DNA from: Gemmatimonadota bacterium
GTDB taxonomy: Bacteria > Latescibacterota > UBA2968 > UBA8231
Assembly (NCBI GenBank): GCA_038153405.1
Contig: JAYOYH010000013.1
Location: 44,334 to 108,333 of the forward strand
Direction of reading: 5' to 3'
DNA length: 64,000 bases
Shown here: positions 15,549-25,383 of the stretch, piece after piece
Position numbering within the stretch: position 1 is the stretch's first letter
Layout of the letters: the number at the start of each line of letters is the position of its first letter
Program-made: the position numbers and the translations under genes
Notes under the pieces: model-generated
Databases searched by the model: none
Told to the model about the DNA's origin: nothing
The model's input: the letters and a program-made list of their open reading frames with translations, nothing else

Positions 15549-17068
15549 CCAGACCAGCGCCGCCCGCGCGATTTTATATCGACAAAGGTCCAGTCCAGAT
15601 CCCGGTTAAACGTGTGCATACCCAGGCGGTTGCCCTGCGGCAAGTAGCGCCTGTACTCGCGCTCGGCGTAGCGCTGGGTATCCCATTCAACAATTTCCAT
15701 CAGGCGCAGTCCGTAGCCGTATCGGTGCGAGCAATCTTGGGCGGGCCGCAGCAAACACCCTGCAAACTCGGCGATGCGCCCGGCTGGACGGGCGCAGCGC
15801 ACATCGGATACAATCGGATTGAGCGGATGAGGGGTCCAGTTATCCGCCAGCGGCGAGTCGGCATAGTAGAGGAAGAGTTCACTGCGCGCCGGTGATTGGG
15901 GATGGGGCGCCAAACAGGTGAAGAGCCACCAAATGCCTTCGCGGTAGAAAAGCGTTGAGTCAACGGCATAGAGTCCCTCAAAGAGCGTGCAGGCGCGCGT
16001 CCACTGATCGGGGAAGCGAAGGCAGCGATAGATGTCGATGGTGCCGCTGTCGCTGCTCTCCGGCATGAGATATACATTGCCCTCGTGCGCGAATACGAAA
16101 GGGTAGGAAAGGTGGTGATCGGTCTCCAGCACACGCACGGCCTCACCGGAGGGACCGCGCTGGTCAAAGGGCTGTGCGGCGATATGGCCCTTGCCACTTA
16201 GTTGGTCGTATTCCTCGACAAATACGTAGAGCATTCCCTCGTGGCGAAAGGGAAAGGGATCGGCCCAATAGGTATGTGGCGAAGGGGTGCAGGGCGCAAA
16301 GTCGTCAAAGGAAGCGGGAAGGTCGTCGCCCGTTGTCGGACCATAGTAGACGCGCCATTCGGTGCGCTGCAGCAGGTCGGCCAGGCCGCGGCGGGCCGTG
16401 CGCGCGGCGAAGTGGGCCAGTGGGAAGGCCGCTTGCCGGGGCCTGGGTGCGGGAGGTGCGGTTGAGGGCTTGCCATGGCGAGCGTAAAAGGCGTTTGCCC
16501 CCTCGGCGCTCAGCGCCTGCAAGCGACGAGCGACAAAGGTATGTGCCATCCAGTAGAGGCGCTGGTCGCTGCGTCGCGCGGAGAAGGCATGCGTGCCGAT
16601 ATTGGCATGGTAGATGCAATAATCGGTACCCCGGTAGCGGGCAAAGAGCGCAGCGCTGGCCAGGGGGTGGCATTGGCCGACGGCGTTCAATCCGGTCGAA
16701 CCGGCTATGAAAGCGGGGTGAAAGTGCCAGGTGCCGAGCGGTGCCTCGTCCGTGGGAATCGGCTGCGAACTCAGATGGAGGAGCACGTCGATGGGCCCTT
16801 CGGCGGGCAAGAACGTCAAGTGGGGCAGGGTTGAGGACAGTTCAACGCGCTGAAGGGCATCGTCTGCAACGGGGAAGAACATGCGGTCAACGCACTGGTA
16901 AAGCGCGGTGCTAAAGGGTGCGCTGGGCGCGGTCGGCGAGTGGAATGCCAAGCGTTCTATGCGCGCTACGCCGCTCGTTTCGACGCTGTGCAGAAGGGCG
17001 GCAATCCAGGCGGGCACGGCGGCCCCATCGACGGCTACGCCAATGCGCAACGGATGGCTCGAGTCCAC
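15545..17068 (-). CDS. Glucosamine inositolphosphorylceramide transferase (GINT1) N-terminal-like beta-propeller family protein
   Basis: YWADPF, YVFVEEY, KGHI, HLSYPFVF, MPES, HPLNPI, ARPAG, RPAQDC..RYG, HTFN; family commonly found in bacterial EPS loci. Confidence 0.75.
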   Translation of the reverse strand: MDSSHPLRIGVAVDGAAVPAWIAALLHSVETSGVARIERLAFHSPTAPSAPFSTALYQCVDRMFFPVADDALQRVELSSTLPHLTFLPAEGPIDVLLHLSSQPIPTDEAPLGTWHFHPAFIAGSTGLNAVGQCHPLASAALFARYRGTDYCIYHANIGTHAFSARRSDQRLYWMAHTFVARRLQALSAEGANAFYARHGKPSTAPPAPRPRQAAFPLAHFAARTARRGLADLLQRTEWRVYYGPTTGDDLPASFDDFAPCTPSPHTYWADPFPFRHEGMLYVFVEEYDQLSGKGHIAAQPFDQRGPSGEAVRVLETDHHLSYPFVFAHEGNVYLMPESSDSGTIDIYRCLRFPDQWTRACTLFEGLYAVDSTLFYREGIWWLFTCLAPHPQSPARSELFLYYADSPLADNWTPHPLNPIVSDVRCARPAGRIAEFAGCLLRPAQDCSHRYGYGLRLMEIVEWDTQRYAEREYRRYLPQGNRLGMHTFNRDLDWTFVDIKSRGRRWSG

Positions 17069-17074
17069 CCGAAA

Positions 17075-18199
17075 TCAGCTATTGCCCTGGACGCAGACGT
17101 GATCGATAAAGCGCTCGTAGAGGGCAACGCCCTTTTTGAGTTGGTCTATTTCAACCCACTCGTCTACGGTGTGCGCCTGGGCGATGTCGCCGGGGCCGAG
17201 GACGACCATCTGCTTCATCTTCTTGCCAAAGGCCATGCCGTCAGTGCCGTAGGGTACGGTCATAGCGCGGCGCTTGCCCGCGATTTTGAGGGCGGTCTTG
17301 ACGAGGGGTGAATTCGGATCGGTATACACCGGTTCGCCTACGTGCCGGATGTCGCACTGTAGGCCGTGCTTGCGCGCACTGGCGCGCGTGCGGTTGATGA
17401 GCGACTTGACGTCCACGCCCGGCATGGGGCGATAGTTTATGGTGCAGACCGAGCTGACGGGGGAGATATTGGTGGCGATATTGTGGTCGTTGATGCCGAT
17501 GCTCCACTCGGAGTGCGGCGGCTTAAATTCCTCGTTGCGAAAGTGCTCATCGCTCAGGACCATGTCGTAGATTTCGCGCATTTCCTGCAGAAAGGGAATC
17601 ATCTTTATGTTGGCATTGGTGCCCTTCAGCGTGCTGGTGTGGGCGGCGCGCCCCTTGGATGTGATGACGATAGACATCGAGCCCTTGTGCGCGTAGACGA
17701 CGTTGAGTCGCGTCGGTTCGCAGATAATGCCGTAGCCGCTGCTGGCCTGAGCGAAGAGCTTCGACTTCTTTGTCACCATATGCGCGCCGACGGCCTGCAC
17801 TTCCTCGTCGGCCGTCACGACAATGAAGAGGGGTTTCTTTAGATCGGCTTCTCTAAAGCGGGCGGCCGCGCACAGCGTGGCGGCCAGCGGGCCCTTCATA
17901 TCGCACGAGCCGCGGCCGTAGAGCTTGCCCCCGACCCGCTTGGGTTTGTACTGTTCTGGTAGGGCGGGCACCACGTCGTCGTGACTCATCAGCGCTAGGC
18001 CGCCGCTGCCCTTGCCCAGGCGGGCGACAATGGAAACTTTGTCCACGCCGTTCTTATCGACGTAGGGCAAGCGCTCTATTTCGAAATTCAGTTGGGCGAG
18101 CACATCGGCGATGCATTCGGTTACTGCGACGTTGCTGGTTTGGCTCTCCGATGGGAATGACACCAGCTGGCGGGTGAGCTGTACGACGTCTAATTTCAT
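17075..18199 (-). CDS. argE: M20 family metallo-hydrolase, acetylornithine deacetylase-like
   Basis: SHDDVVP, YGRGSCDMKG, TADEE, CEPT, HKG, GRAAHTS, GTDG, GPGDIAQAHT.DEW. Confidence 0.8.
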   Translation of the reverse strand: MKLDVVQLTRQLVSFPSESQTSNVAVTECIADVLAQLNFEIERLPYVDKNGVDKVSIVARLGKGSGGLALMSHDDVVPALPEQYKPKRVGGKLYGRGSCDMKGPLAATLCAAARFREADLKKPLFIVVTADEEVQAVGAHMVTKKSKLFAQASSGYGIICEPTRLNVVYAHKGSMSIVITSKGRAAHTSTLKGTNANIKMIPFLQEMREIYDMVLSDEHFRNEEFKPPHSEWSIGINDHNIATNISPVSSVCTINYRPMPGVDVKSLINRTRASARKHGLQCDIRHVGEPVYTDPNSPLVKTALKIAGKRRAMTVPYGTDGMAFGKKMKQMVVLGPGDIAQAHTVDEWVEIDQLKKGVALYERFIDHVCVQGNS

Positions 18200-18257
18200 G
18201 GCAATTCACTTTCTCTCGTCGGGCGATTCACTGCGGTGGTGCATGGACAACCCGCTT

Positions 18258-18286
18258 AACATATCGAGTTGTGACGGGGTCGGCAA
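18258..18286 (-). promoter_or_regulatory. Putative sigma70 promoter for the argE-like gene
   Basis: Minus strand TTGCCG-N17-TATGTT. Confidence 0.4.
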
Positions 18287-18401
18287 GAGAGCGCAAATAG
18301 TTGCTGGGTAACAACTTATAAAAATTCAAAAAAAAGAATAAGTATGAGTTCGGCGCCGGGCCCTAGGTGCCGTCCATTCCCCGCGTGGGAGAGGAGATCG
18401 T

Positions 18402-19505
18402 ATGGATGCAATTCGCTTTGGCATTGTCGGTGCCGTGGGACGTGGAAACTCCTACGTGCGCGCCCTAACGGCGCATCCGGCCACGCAGCTTGTCGCCCTG
18501 TGCGATATTCGACTTGAAGAAGCCCGAAAGAGCGCTGCTGAGTTGGAGATCGAGGGCGTATTTGACAATATGGAAGCGATGCTGGACGCCGGCGGGGTGG
18601 ACGCCGTGGTCATCGGCACGCCTATGCAATTTCACGCCCCACAGGCCTTGGCCGCGTTAGAGCGCGACGTGCACGTGCTCTGCGAAGTGACGGCCGGCGT
18701 TTCCATCGAAGAATGTCGCGATTTGGTGCGGGCAGCGCGCCGCTCGCGCGCCCAGTATATGATGGCGGAAAACTACACCTATATGAAGGGCAATGTGCTG
18801 GTGCGCGCGCTGGTCGAGCGCGGCCTATTTGGCGAGCTATACTACGGAGAGGGTGCCTATATTCACGAGCTAAAAGGGCTAAATGAGCAAACGCCGTGGC
18901 GCCGCCGCTGGCAGACGGGCGTCAACGGCTCGACCTATCCAACGCATAGCTTGGGCCCGGTCCTGCAGTGGTTTGCGGGCCAGCGGGTGACGGCGGTGTG
19001 CGCGGTGGGTACGGGGCACCACTATGTGGATCCGCGTGGCGAGCAGTATCAGATGGAGGATTCGGTGACGATGATGTGCCGCATGAGCGGCGGGGGTTTG
19101 GTAAATATTCGCGTAGATATGCTATCGGAGCGACCGCATCACATGACGCACTATGCCCTACAGGGCACCGAAGGTTGCTACGAGTCAGGCGATGGCTTTC
19201 GCGGGGAGCCGCGCATCTGGCTGCGCTCGCGTTCGCAAGAACACCGCTGGGAAGCGCTGAGCGAGCTCGAGGAATTTCTGCCCGAATACTGGAGAAACCC
19301 GCCGGAAGAAGCCACGCGCGCAGGGCACGGCGGCGGCGATTGGTGGGAGGTGCAGGACTTCGTCGACGCCATTCGCCAGAACCGTCCGGCGCCCATCGGC
19401 ATTGATCTGGCCATGGACATGACCTTGCCCGGTTTAGCGAGCCAGTCGTCGATTGCCCAAGGGGGGACCTGGGTGGCGGTGCCCGACCCGCGCAACTGGA
19501 CGTGA
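18402..19505 (+). CDS. Gfo/Idh/MocA family oxidoreductase (GH109-like)
   Basis: GIVGAVGRG, HVLCEV, MAENY, YPTHSLGP, GHGGGD. Confidence 0.9.
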   Translation: MDAIRFGIVGAVGRGNSYVRALTAHPATQLVALCDIRLEEARKSAAELEIEGVFDNMEAMLDAGGVDAVVIGTPMQFHAPQALAALERDVHVLCEVTAGVSIEECRDLVRAARRSRAQYMMAENYTYMKGNVLVRALVERGLFGELYYGEGAYIHELKGLNEQTPWRRRWQTGVNGSTYPTHSLGPVLQWFAGQRVTAVCAVGTGHHYVDPRGEQYQMEDSVTMMCRMSGGGLVNIRVDMLSERPHHMTHYALQGTEGCYESGDGFRGEPRIWLRSRSQEHRWEALSELEEFLPEYWRNPPEEATRAGHGGGDWWEVQDFVDAIRQNRPAPIGIDLAMDMTLPGLASQSSIAQGGTWVAVPDPRNWT

Positions 19506-20377
19506 ACAGGTACGGAGTGAGCGCGGTGCTGCACGCTCAGTGGCAAGAGCGGGGATACATCGTCGTGCGCGGTCTGTTGGGCGCCGAGCGCAGTGCGCGC
19601 CTGAGAGCCATTGCCGAATCGGTCCTCGACCAGTGGCGCATCAACAATCCCGAGAACGGCAAGCCGGGAGGAGATGCCAACGCAACGGTTATGCGGCATC
19701 TCAACCACTCGGGCTATTTTTCTGCCCAACAGGGCGAAGATCGGCGCGAAATACTGCGCGCCATTGCCGATCCGCAGGTGCTGTCGGTCGGTCGCGCCAT
19801 TCTTGGTGAGGAAGTGCTGTTCCGCTGCACCAGTCTCTTTATGAATCCGCTGGAACGCAGCCTAGACGGCAATTGGCATCGCGACTCGCAGTTTCACTGC
19901 CCGCTGGAAGAGGACGAGAAGCGCATGATCGCCAACGCTGGTCAGGGCGGCACGAGCATTCAACTACAGGTTGCCCTCGTACCATCCGACGATGTCGAAG
20001 TGGTGCCCGGTTCCCACCGACGTTGGGATACGCCGGCCGAATACGCCATTCGTCGCGCCGACGAGGGCAACAACAATCGCTCCAATGCCATGCCGGGCGC
20101 GCTGCGCGTGGCGCTGCAGGCCGGCGATGCGGTCGCCTTTAATCCCTGCGGTTTGCACCGGGGGCGCTATCATACCGACAAACTGCGGCGCACGCTGATG
20201 TTGACCTATACGAAGGCGAGTGCGCCGTGCTCCGACTATTTTTCCGACCAGCCTTGGTTTCTCAGCGAGGGCTATTTGGACGGGTTGGACGGGGATACCC
20301 AGGCCTTTTTTGGGCGTTTTATAGAGCAGTATCGGGCGGACTGGCTGTGCCCTAAGCGCGATGCATCGCCCGCTTAA
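19502..20377 (+). CDS. Phytanoyl-CoA dioxygenase (PhyH) family Fe/2OG oxygenase
   Basis: WHRD (HxD), VVPGSH, distal LHRG and R. Confidence 0.85.
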   Translation: MNRYGVSAVLHAQWQERGYIVVRGLLGAERSARLRAIAESVLDQWRINNPENGKPGGDANATVMRHLNHSGYFSAQQGEDRREILRAIADPQVLSVGRAILGEEVLFRCTSLFMNPLERSLDGNWHRDSQFHCPLEEDEKRMIANAGQGGTSIQLQVALVPSDDVEVVPGSHRRWDTPAEYAIRRADEGNNNRSNAMPGALRVALQAGDAVAFNPCGLHRGRYHTDKLRRTLMLTYTKASAPCSDYFSDQPWFLSEGYLDGLDGDTQAFFGRFIEQYRADWLCPKRDASPA

Positions 20378-20419
20378 AACAGTATGCACAATCACTTTGG
20401 AAAGGGTTGATATCAAGCT

Positions 20420-22894
20420 ATGCTACGCCGAGTGCAAGCGCACGCTGCGTTCGCTCTTATCGGCCTAGTCGCCAGCACTGCCGGTGCCGGCTACGTCGAG
20501 GGCATGCCGTACTTTCACCAATTTAGCAACCGCATTAATCCGTCGGGTTCCTGTCAAAATACCTGCGTTGCCATGGTGCTCAAATTCTACGGGGCCGAAG
20601 ATATCACGCCCGATATGATTTCGGCCAAATGGGGCACTTCGGTTGCGCAGTCGACGGGCGGTTTGCGCCAGATATTTGACGAGGAGGCCGCCCTGCGCGG
20701 GCTGCGCGTGCGCGATGGGGTTACAGAGCAGGGCACGCTCGCTGAACTGCACGCCGCACTCGATGCAGGCAAGCCGGTCATTGTGCACGGGGGGTTTTCC
20801 ACCGTCGGCCATTTAATCGTTTTGGTGGGGTACGATGCGCGCTATTACTATGCGATGGACCCGGCCAGCAAGTGGAGCCAGATAGTCAATGGCGGATTTA
20901 CCAATACCGACGACGCCGATATCGGCCGCTATACGCGCTACGGTCGTCAGGCCGTAGAGGCCGCCATCGTCTCCAGCGACCACCGCCGCTCTATCCGCAT
21001 GCACGTGCCTTACGTTCAGCCAGGCCCTCTGCGCGGCCAATGGCAGGGGATATGGGCCGATACGCTAATCGCAGGCGAGCCGGTCCGCCTGCGCGCCCGT
21101 TTGGCCGTGGAGGCGGAAGAAATCGGTGCAATCGAGGCGTGGGCAGATCTGGGCGAGTTGGGAGGCAATGTCCGACAGCCCCTGCGCGCGCTGGACGATG
21201 GAGCATTTGAATTGGACGCGGACTTTCAGGCATCGGCACAGACTGGACGACGAACGCTGCGGGTCCTTCTGCGACAGGGCGATGTCGAGGAGGTTCTGAG
21301 CCGAAGGGTCGTGCTCGTGCCGCCGGTAAATGCATCCGTAGCTGGCGATGCGCTGAGCGCAGAGTGGGAGCAGCGCTTAGTGCTCAATGCAGAGGTTAAC
21401 TGGCAAGAGAAAGTGGCATTCGAGGGGATGCGAGCACTGGCGGTAGACGCGCGCTCGTTCACCCTTGAACTCGCCCCATTTGCCCCGCTTGACTTGGCTG
21501 GCTACCGCGCGTTGCGCTTTGCATTCCACCCCGGCGAGGCGACGGCAGGGCTGCGGCCGGCCTTTGCCGTGCAGCTCAATCGCGACGCGCGGAAAATAGA
21601 GCCGCTGCTGGGGGCAGGGGGCATGCCCGGTGTCGCCATCGATCTCGAATCGCCGACTTGGCAGACGGTGGAAATACCGCTGTGGGCATTTTATCCACTG
21701 GAGGATCCGCTCGCGTCGATTACCTTCTTCGGGAATTTGCGCGGCCGTTTTTTCCTCGACGATATTCAACTCGTCAGCGCTCGTTTTCCGGCGCCGCACG
21801 TGCGCGGTGAGTGGGTGGGCGCTCTGCCCGATACGCTGTTGAATGGAACGATATGGGTGCTGGAGCAAGACCTGCGCGTCTACAGCACCGAGGCCGACGG
21901 GGCTGCTCCACAGGTTGTGGCCGATCTCAGCGGGTTGGGTGGAGATCGCGCTCATCCGCTGCAGCAAATGGGCAATGGCCTCTATCGCTTGCGTGCCGAA
22001 CTGCCCGTAGAACTGGTAAATGGTCGACGCGAAATAGCGGTGCACATACGCCAGCAGAGTAACGCCGGTCTGCTGCAGTCGCAGGTGCGCCATGGTTTAG
22101 TGGTGCTACCGCGCCAGGATCAGGTCGTCTTTGACGAAGGCTTTGGCGGCAATTGGGCCTCGGGTTTTGTGTCCAATGCAGAAGTGTATGACGCCAGCGA
22201 AAATGCCTTAGTAGGTGCGCTGTCGCGGGGCATACGCGCCAGCGCATTCACCGTTGAGTTCCTGCCGATCCAGCCCGTCGAAGCGGCCGGCTATCGCGCC
22301 CTGCACTTTGCCTTTCATCCGGGCAGTGCGACCGTCGGCCCGCGCCCCGCCTTTAACGTCATGCTCAACGGCGATGCGCCTTCGCAGGTAATGCTATTCG
22401 ACGGCGAAGGGGCCGAAGTGGACATGGGGCGAGCCGAATGGCAGCGCGTCGAGATTCCACTCGAGCGCTTTTATCGCCTCGATGGACCGATTGCGTCGCT
22501 GCGGATATTGGGCAATTTGCGCGGAACGTTTTACATCGACGACGTGCGCTTGGTAGCCGGTCGACGGGCCGGTATCTACACCGCCGTAATCGAAGAGGAA
22601 GCGGATTGGCAGCCGAGAAACTCGGTCCTGATGCAAAATGCGCCCAATCCATTTAACGGCGAGACCGCTATTGGCTTCGCCCTGTCCGAGGCAGGAGACG
22701 TTCAGCTGAGTGTCTTTAATCTGGCCGGTCAGCGCGTGGCGACGCTGGCTTCGGAGTGGGCGGAAGCGGGCGAGCACCTGCTGCATTGGGACGGTCGCAG
22801 CGACCGCGGCACGGCACTGGCCACGGGACTGTATATTTATCGCTTGCACACACCAACGGGCGCGACGAGCAGGAAAATGCTCATCGTGCGCTAA
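20420..22894 (+). CDS. Secreted C39-like cysteine peptidase with duplicated Ig-like + CBM-like modules and a C-terminal FlgD-Ig/T9SS-type sorting-like domain
   Basis: Signal peptide; YFHQ...SCQNTCVAMVL (Cys), GHLIVLVGYD (His), DP; two ~250-aa internal repeats; QNAPNPFNGET...FNLAGQRV...WDG...GLYIYRL tail. Confidence 0.8.
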   Translation: MLRRVQAHAAFALIGLVASTAGAGYVEGMPYFHQFSNRINPSGSCQNTCVAMVLKFYGAEDITPDMISAKWGTSVAQSTGGLRQIFDEEAALRGLRVRDGVTEQGTLAELHAALDAGKPVIVHGGFSTVGHLIVLVGYDARYYYAMDPASKWSQIVNGGFTNTDDADIGRYTRYGRQAVEAAIVSSDHRRSIRMHVPYVQPGPLRGQWQGIWADTLIAGEPVRLRARLAVEAEEIGAIEAWADLGELGGNVRQPLRALDDGAFELDADFQASAQTGRRTLRVLLRQGDVEEVLSRRVVLVPPVNASVAGDALSAEWEQRLVLNAEVNWQEKVAFEGMRALAVDARSFTLELAPFAPLDLAGYRALRFAFHPGEATAGLRPAFAVQLNRDARKIEPLLGAGGMPGVAIDLESPTWQTVEIPLWAFYPLEDPLASITFFGNLRGRFFLDDIQLVSARFPAPHVRGEWVGALPDTLLNGTIWVLEQDLRVYSTEADGAAPQVVADLSGLGGDRAHPLQQMGNGLYRLRAELPVELVNGRREIAVHIRQQSNAGLLQSQVRHGLVVLPRQDQVVFDEGFGGNWASGFVSNAEVYDASENALVGALSRGIRASAFTVEFLPIQPVEAAGYRALHFAFHPGSATVGPRPAFNVMLNGDAPSQVMLFDGEGAEVDMGRAEWQRVEIPLERFYRLDGPIASLRILGNLRGTFYIDDVRLVAGRRAGIYTAVIEEEADWQPRNSVLMQNAPNPFNGETAIGFALSEAGDVQLSVFNLAGQRVATLASEWAEAGEHLLHWDGRSDRGTALATGLYIYRLHTPTGATSRKMLIVR

Positions 22895-22907
22895 GGGGGA
22901 ATGACCT

Positions 22908-23624
22908 ATGAAACCACTTCGCATCGGGGCCCATCGCGGGGCCATGGGCCATGCGCCAGAAAATACCCTAGCCGCATTTACAACGGCCATTGAGCAAAAT
23001 GCCTATCGAATCGAATTCGATATTCGCCGCACGCGCGATGGCGAATTGGTGGTCATTCACGACGCGACCGTAGACCGCACGACCGACGGCCGCGGCGCCG
23101 TGGCCGATTTGACGCTGGGCGAGTTGAAACGGTTGCGCAGCGGCGATCAGGAAATTCCGACCTTTGCCGAAGCGATAGAGTGCATGCGCGATCGGGCGCG
23201 CCTGTTGGTAGAGTTTAAGGAAGGCGATCTGGCCGAGCAGGCCGTGCGCCAGATCGAGGCGGCCGGCGTAGTCGAGCAGTGCACCCTATCGAGCTTTCAC
23301 GAAGAGGCGCTGCTGGAGTCCCGAGCGCTCAATCCGCGCATAGAAATCGCCTACTTTCTCGTCGAACCCAAGCCTTTTGATGCCGCCGAAGTCGTCGAGC
23401 GTTTGGGCGCTGGTTTGCTCATCGTTTGGCCCGTGGCGGCCCGTCCGGAATTCATAGCCGACGCGCGGGCGCGCGGGCTGGACGTGCGCTGTGGATTTCG
23501 CGACGATCTGAGCTTTGAGGAGACGCGCGAGCGCTTTCGCGCATTGGCGGCCATGGGCGTCGGCGAATTTTCCTGCGGTCGCCCCGACTGGATTGGCGCG
23601 CTCATCGCCGAGTGGGAAGGATAG
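22908..23624 (+). CDS. Glycerophosphodiester phosphodiesterase
   Basis: AHRG....PENT..AF, IEFD, VVIHD.TVDRTT. Confidence 0.92.
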   Translation: MKPLRIGAHRGAMGHAPENTLAAFTTAIEQNAYRIEFDIRRTRDGELVVIHDATVDRTTDGRGAVADLTLGELKRLRSGDQEIPTFAEAIECMRDRARLLVEFKEGDLAEQAVRQIEAAGVVEQCTLSSFHEEALLESRALNPRIEIAYFLVEPKPFDAAEVVERLGAGLLIVWPVAARPEFIADARARGLDVRCGFRDDLSFEETRERFRALAAMGVGEFSCGRPDWIGALIAEWEG

Positions 23625-23650
23625 CGCCAATGGTCGCATTGCCCTCGGGC

Positions 23651-24127
23651 TTATCGCCTTAAGAAATGGGGTACGCTGGCTAGAAAGGGCGCGGCAGCCT
23701 CGCAGATATGATCGACGACGCGTTCGATGTGTTGGTTGCGTGCTGCGGTATTTTGCGCATGGTCCGGCACGGCTTCCCAGGTGTCGAGGACGGCTTCCCG
23801 TTGTCCGAAGGCCACTTCGTTAAACAGCGGGACCGATGTGCCATAGTGTTCTTCAATAAAGGCGGCGTGGTCCAGGCCCATGGCGACGACGAGGTCGGCG
23901 GTAGATAGGAGGTCGAGCGTCAGCTTGCGCTGAATATGGCCGCCGGGATCGATCCCGCGCGCGCTCAGACCCCGGCGCACTAAATCGACCATATCCTGCG
24001 GGGCGGCCTCGGTGCCGGCCGAACTAAATGCGTAAGACGAGCCGGGTCCAGCCGCGTGGCGCAGCGCTTTTTCGGCCAGCGCACTGCGAAAAATGTTGCC
24101 GGTGCAGACGAAGAGCACGTGCGGCAT
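23651..24127 (-). CDS. Low-molecular-weight phosphatase (LMW-PTP/ArsC fold)
   Basis: LFVCTGNIFRS P-loop, SSAGT, ADLVVAM. Confidence 0.85.
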   Translation of the reverse strand: MPHVLFVCTGNIFRSALAEKALRHAAGPGSSYAFSSAGTEAAPQDMVDLVRRGLSARGIDPGGHIQRKLTLDLLSTADLVVAMGLDHAAFIEEHYGTSVPLFNEVAFGQREAVLDTWEAVPDHAQNTAARNQHIERVVDHICEAAAPFLASVPHFLRR

Positions 24128-25377
24128 TAGCGCACCCGAACGCCGGCTTGGAATACGGCGGTTACCGCACTGCAGGCGCGTATGTCGCGCGTTGGGTCGC
24201 CGGCCAGCGCCACGATATCGGCTATGTGCCCTTTTTCCAGCGTGCCCAATTCGTCCTGAAGACCAATGGCTTGCGCCGAAATGCGCGTGGCCGATCGCAG
24301 CGCTTCACCCGGGCTGAATCCCACCTCGACAAGCAGGCGCAGATCGTAGTCTAAGTGGCCGAAGGCCAGCATGCCCACGCCCGAGTCGGTGCCGGGCACG
24401 ATGCGCTCCAATCCGCAGATTTCAATCGTGCGCCGCATGATGTCCAGCCGCGTTGCGGCGCGCTTGCGCAGTGCGGCTAGTTGGCCTTCTTCCTCTGCTG
24501 TGGCCGCACCGGCATCGCGCTTTTCTTCTAGCGCAGCGATGCGCGGATACTGCGTCCATGCCTGCAGCGTTGGGCTGATCCACACCCCACACTCGGCCAT
24601 TTTCTCGGCTAGATCGGGATCAAAGCGCATCACGTCATCTGCATCGAGGAACTCGGCGTGTTCGATTAGGTCGATGCCGGCAGCCACTGCCCGCTGCATA
24701 GATTCTTTTGCGCGGCAGTGGGCCGCCGTCAGGCGATGCAGATGGTGGGCTTCGTGTACGGCGGCGTGCAGCTCTTCCTGCGAATAGGACGCGCGGCCTG
24801 GGATCGTTCCGGCGGTTCCCCCTCCGGAAGCCATGAGCTTTATGTAGTCCGCCCCTTCGTGGACCAGACGGCGGACCGATCGGCGCATCTCTTCGGGGCC
24901 ATCGGCGACCTCGTTGCACATGTGAAAATGGCCGCCGGTACAGGTGATGGGCCGGCCGCATACCTGCATGCGCGGGCCGGGGATATAGCCCTTGCCTAGC
25001 CCTTCTTTAAGGACAAACCCCACCTTGTTGCGTGCGCCGTGTTCGCGGATGGTGGTGATGCCAGCGTCTAAATGGCGGCGCAGGTTCATCGCGCCAGTGA
25101 GCACCATTAGCTCATCCGAATCGCTAAACATCTCGGCGTAGGAGCGTCCATCGCCGCCCAGGCTCAGGTGGGTATGGCTGTCGATAAGACCCGGTATGAG
25201 CGTGGCGTCACCCAGGTCCACGCGCTCGGTTTCGGGTGGGGCCATGCGCTCAATGTCTACACTCGGGCCAACGGCGCCAATGCGCTCTCCGTCGACTAGG
25301 ACGGCTCCCGATGGCATACAGGAGGTAGATAGGCCGTCAAAGAGGCGATCGGCTGTGATAAGCATCGGCATGGGCAA
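24127..25377 (-). CDS. Amidohydrolase family protein (metal-dependent)
   Basis: PGLIDSHTH, GADYIK, AAH, IEHA, GTDSG, G.LE.G..ADIV. Confidence 0.9.
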   Translation of the reverse strand: MPMPMLITADRLFDGLSTSCMPSGAVLVDGERIGAVGPSVDIERMAPPETERVDLGDATLIPGLIDSHTHLSLGGDGRSYAEMFSDSDELMVLTGAMNLRRHLDAGITTIREHGARNKVGFVLKEGLGKGYIPGPRMQVCGRPITCTGGHFHMCNEVADGPEEMRRSVRRLVHEGADYIKLMASGGGTAGTIPGRASYSQEELHAAVHEAHHLHRLTAAHCRAKESMQRAVAAGIDLIEHAEFLDADDVMRFDPDLAEKMAECGVWISPTLQAWTQYPRIAALEEKRDAGAATAEEEGQLAALRKRAATRLDIMRRTIEICGLERIVPGTDSGVGMLAFGHLDYDLRLLVEVGFSPGEALRSATRISAQAIGLQDELGTLEKGHIADIVALAGDPTRDIRACSAVTAVFQAGVRVR

Positions 25378-25383
25378 TACCTC

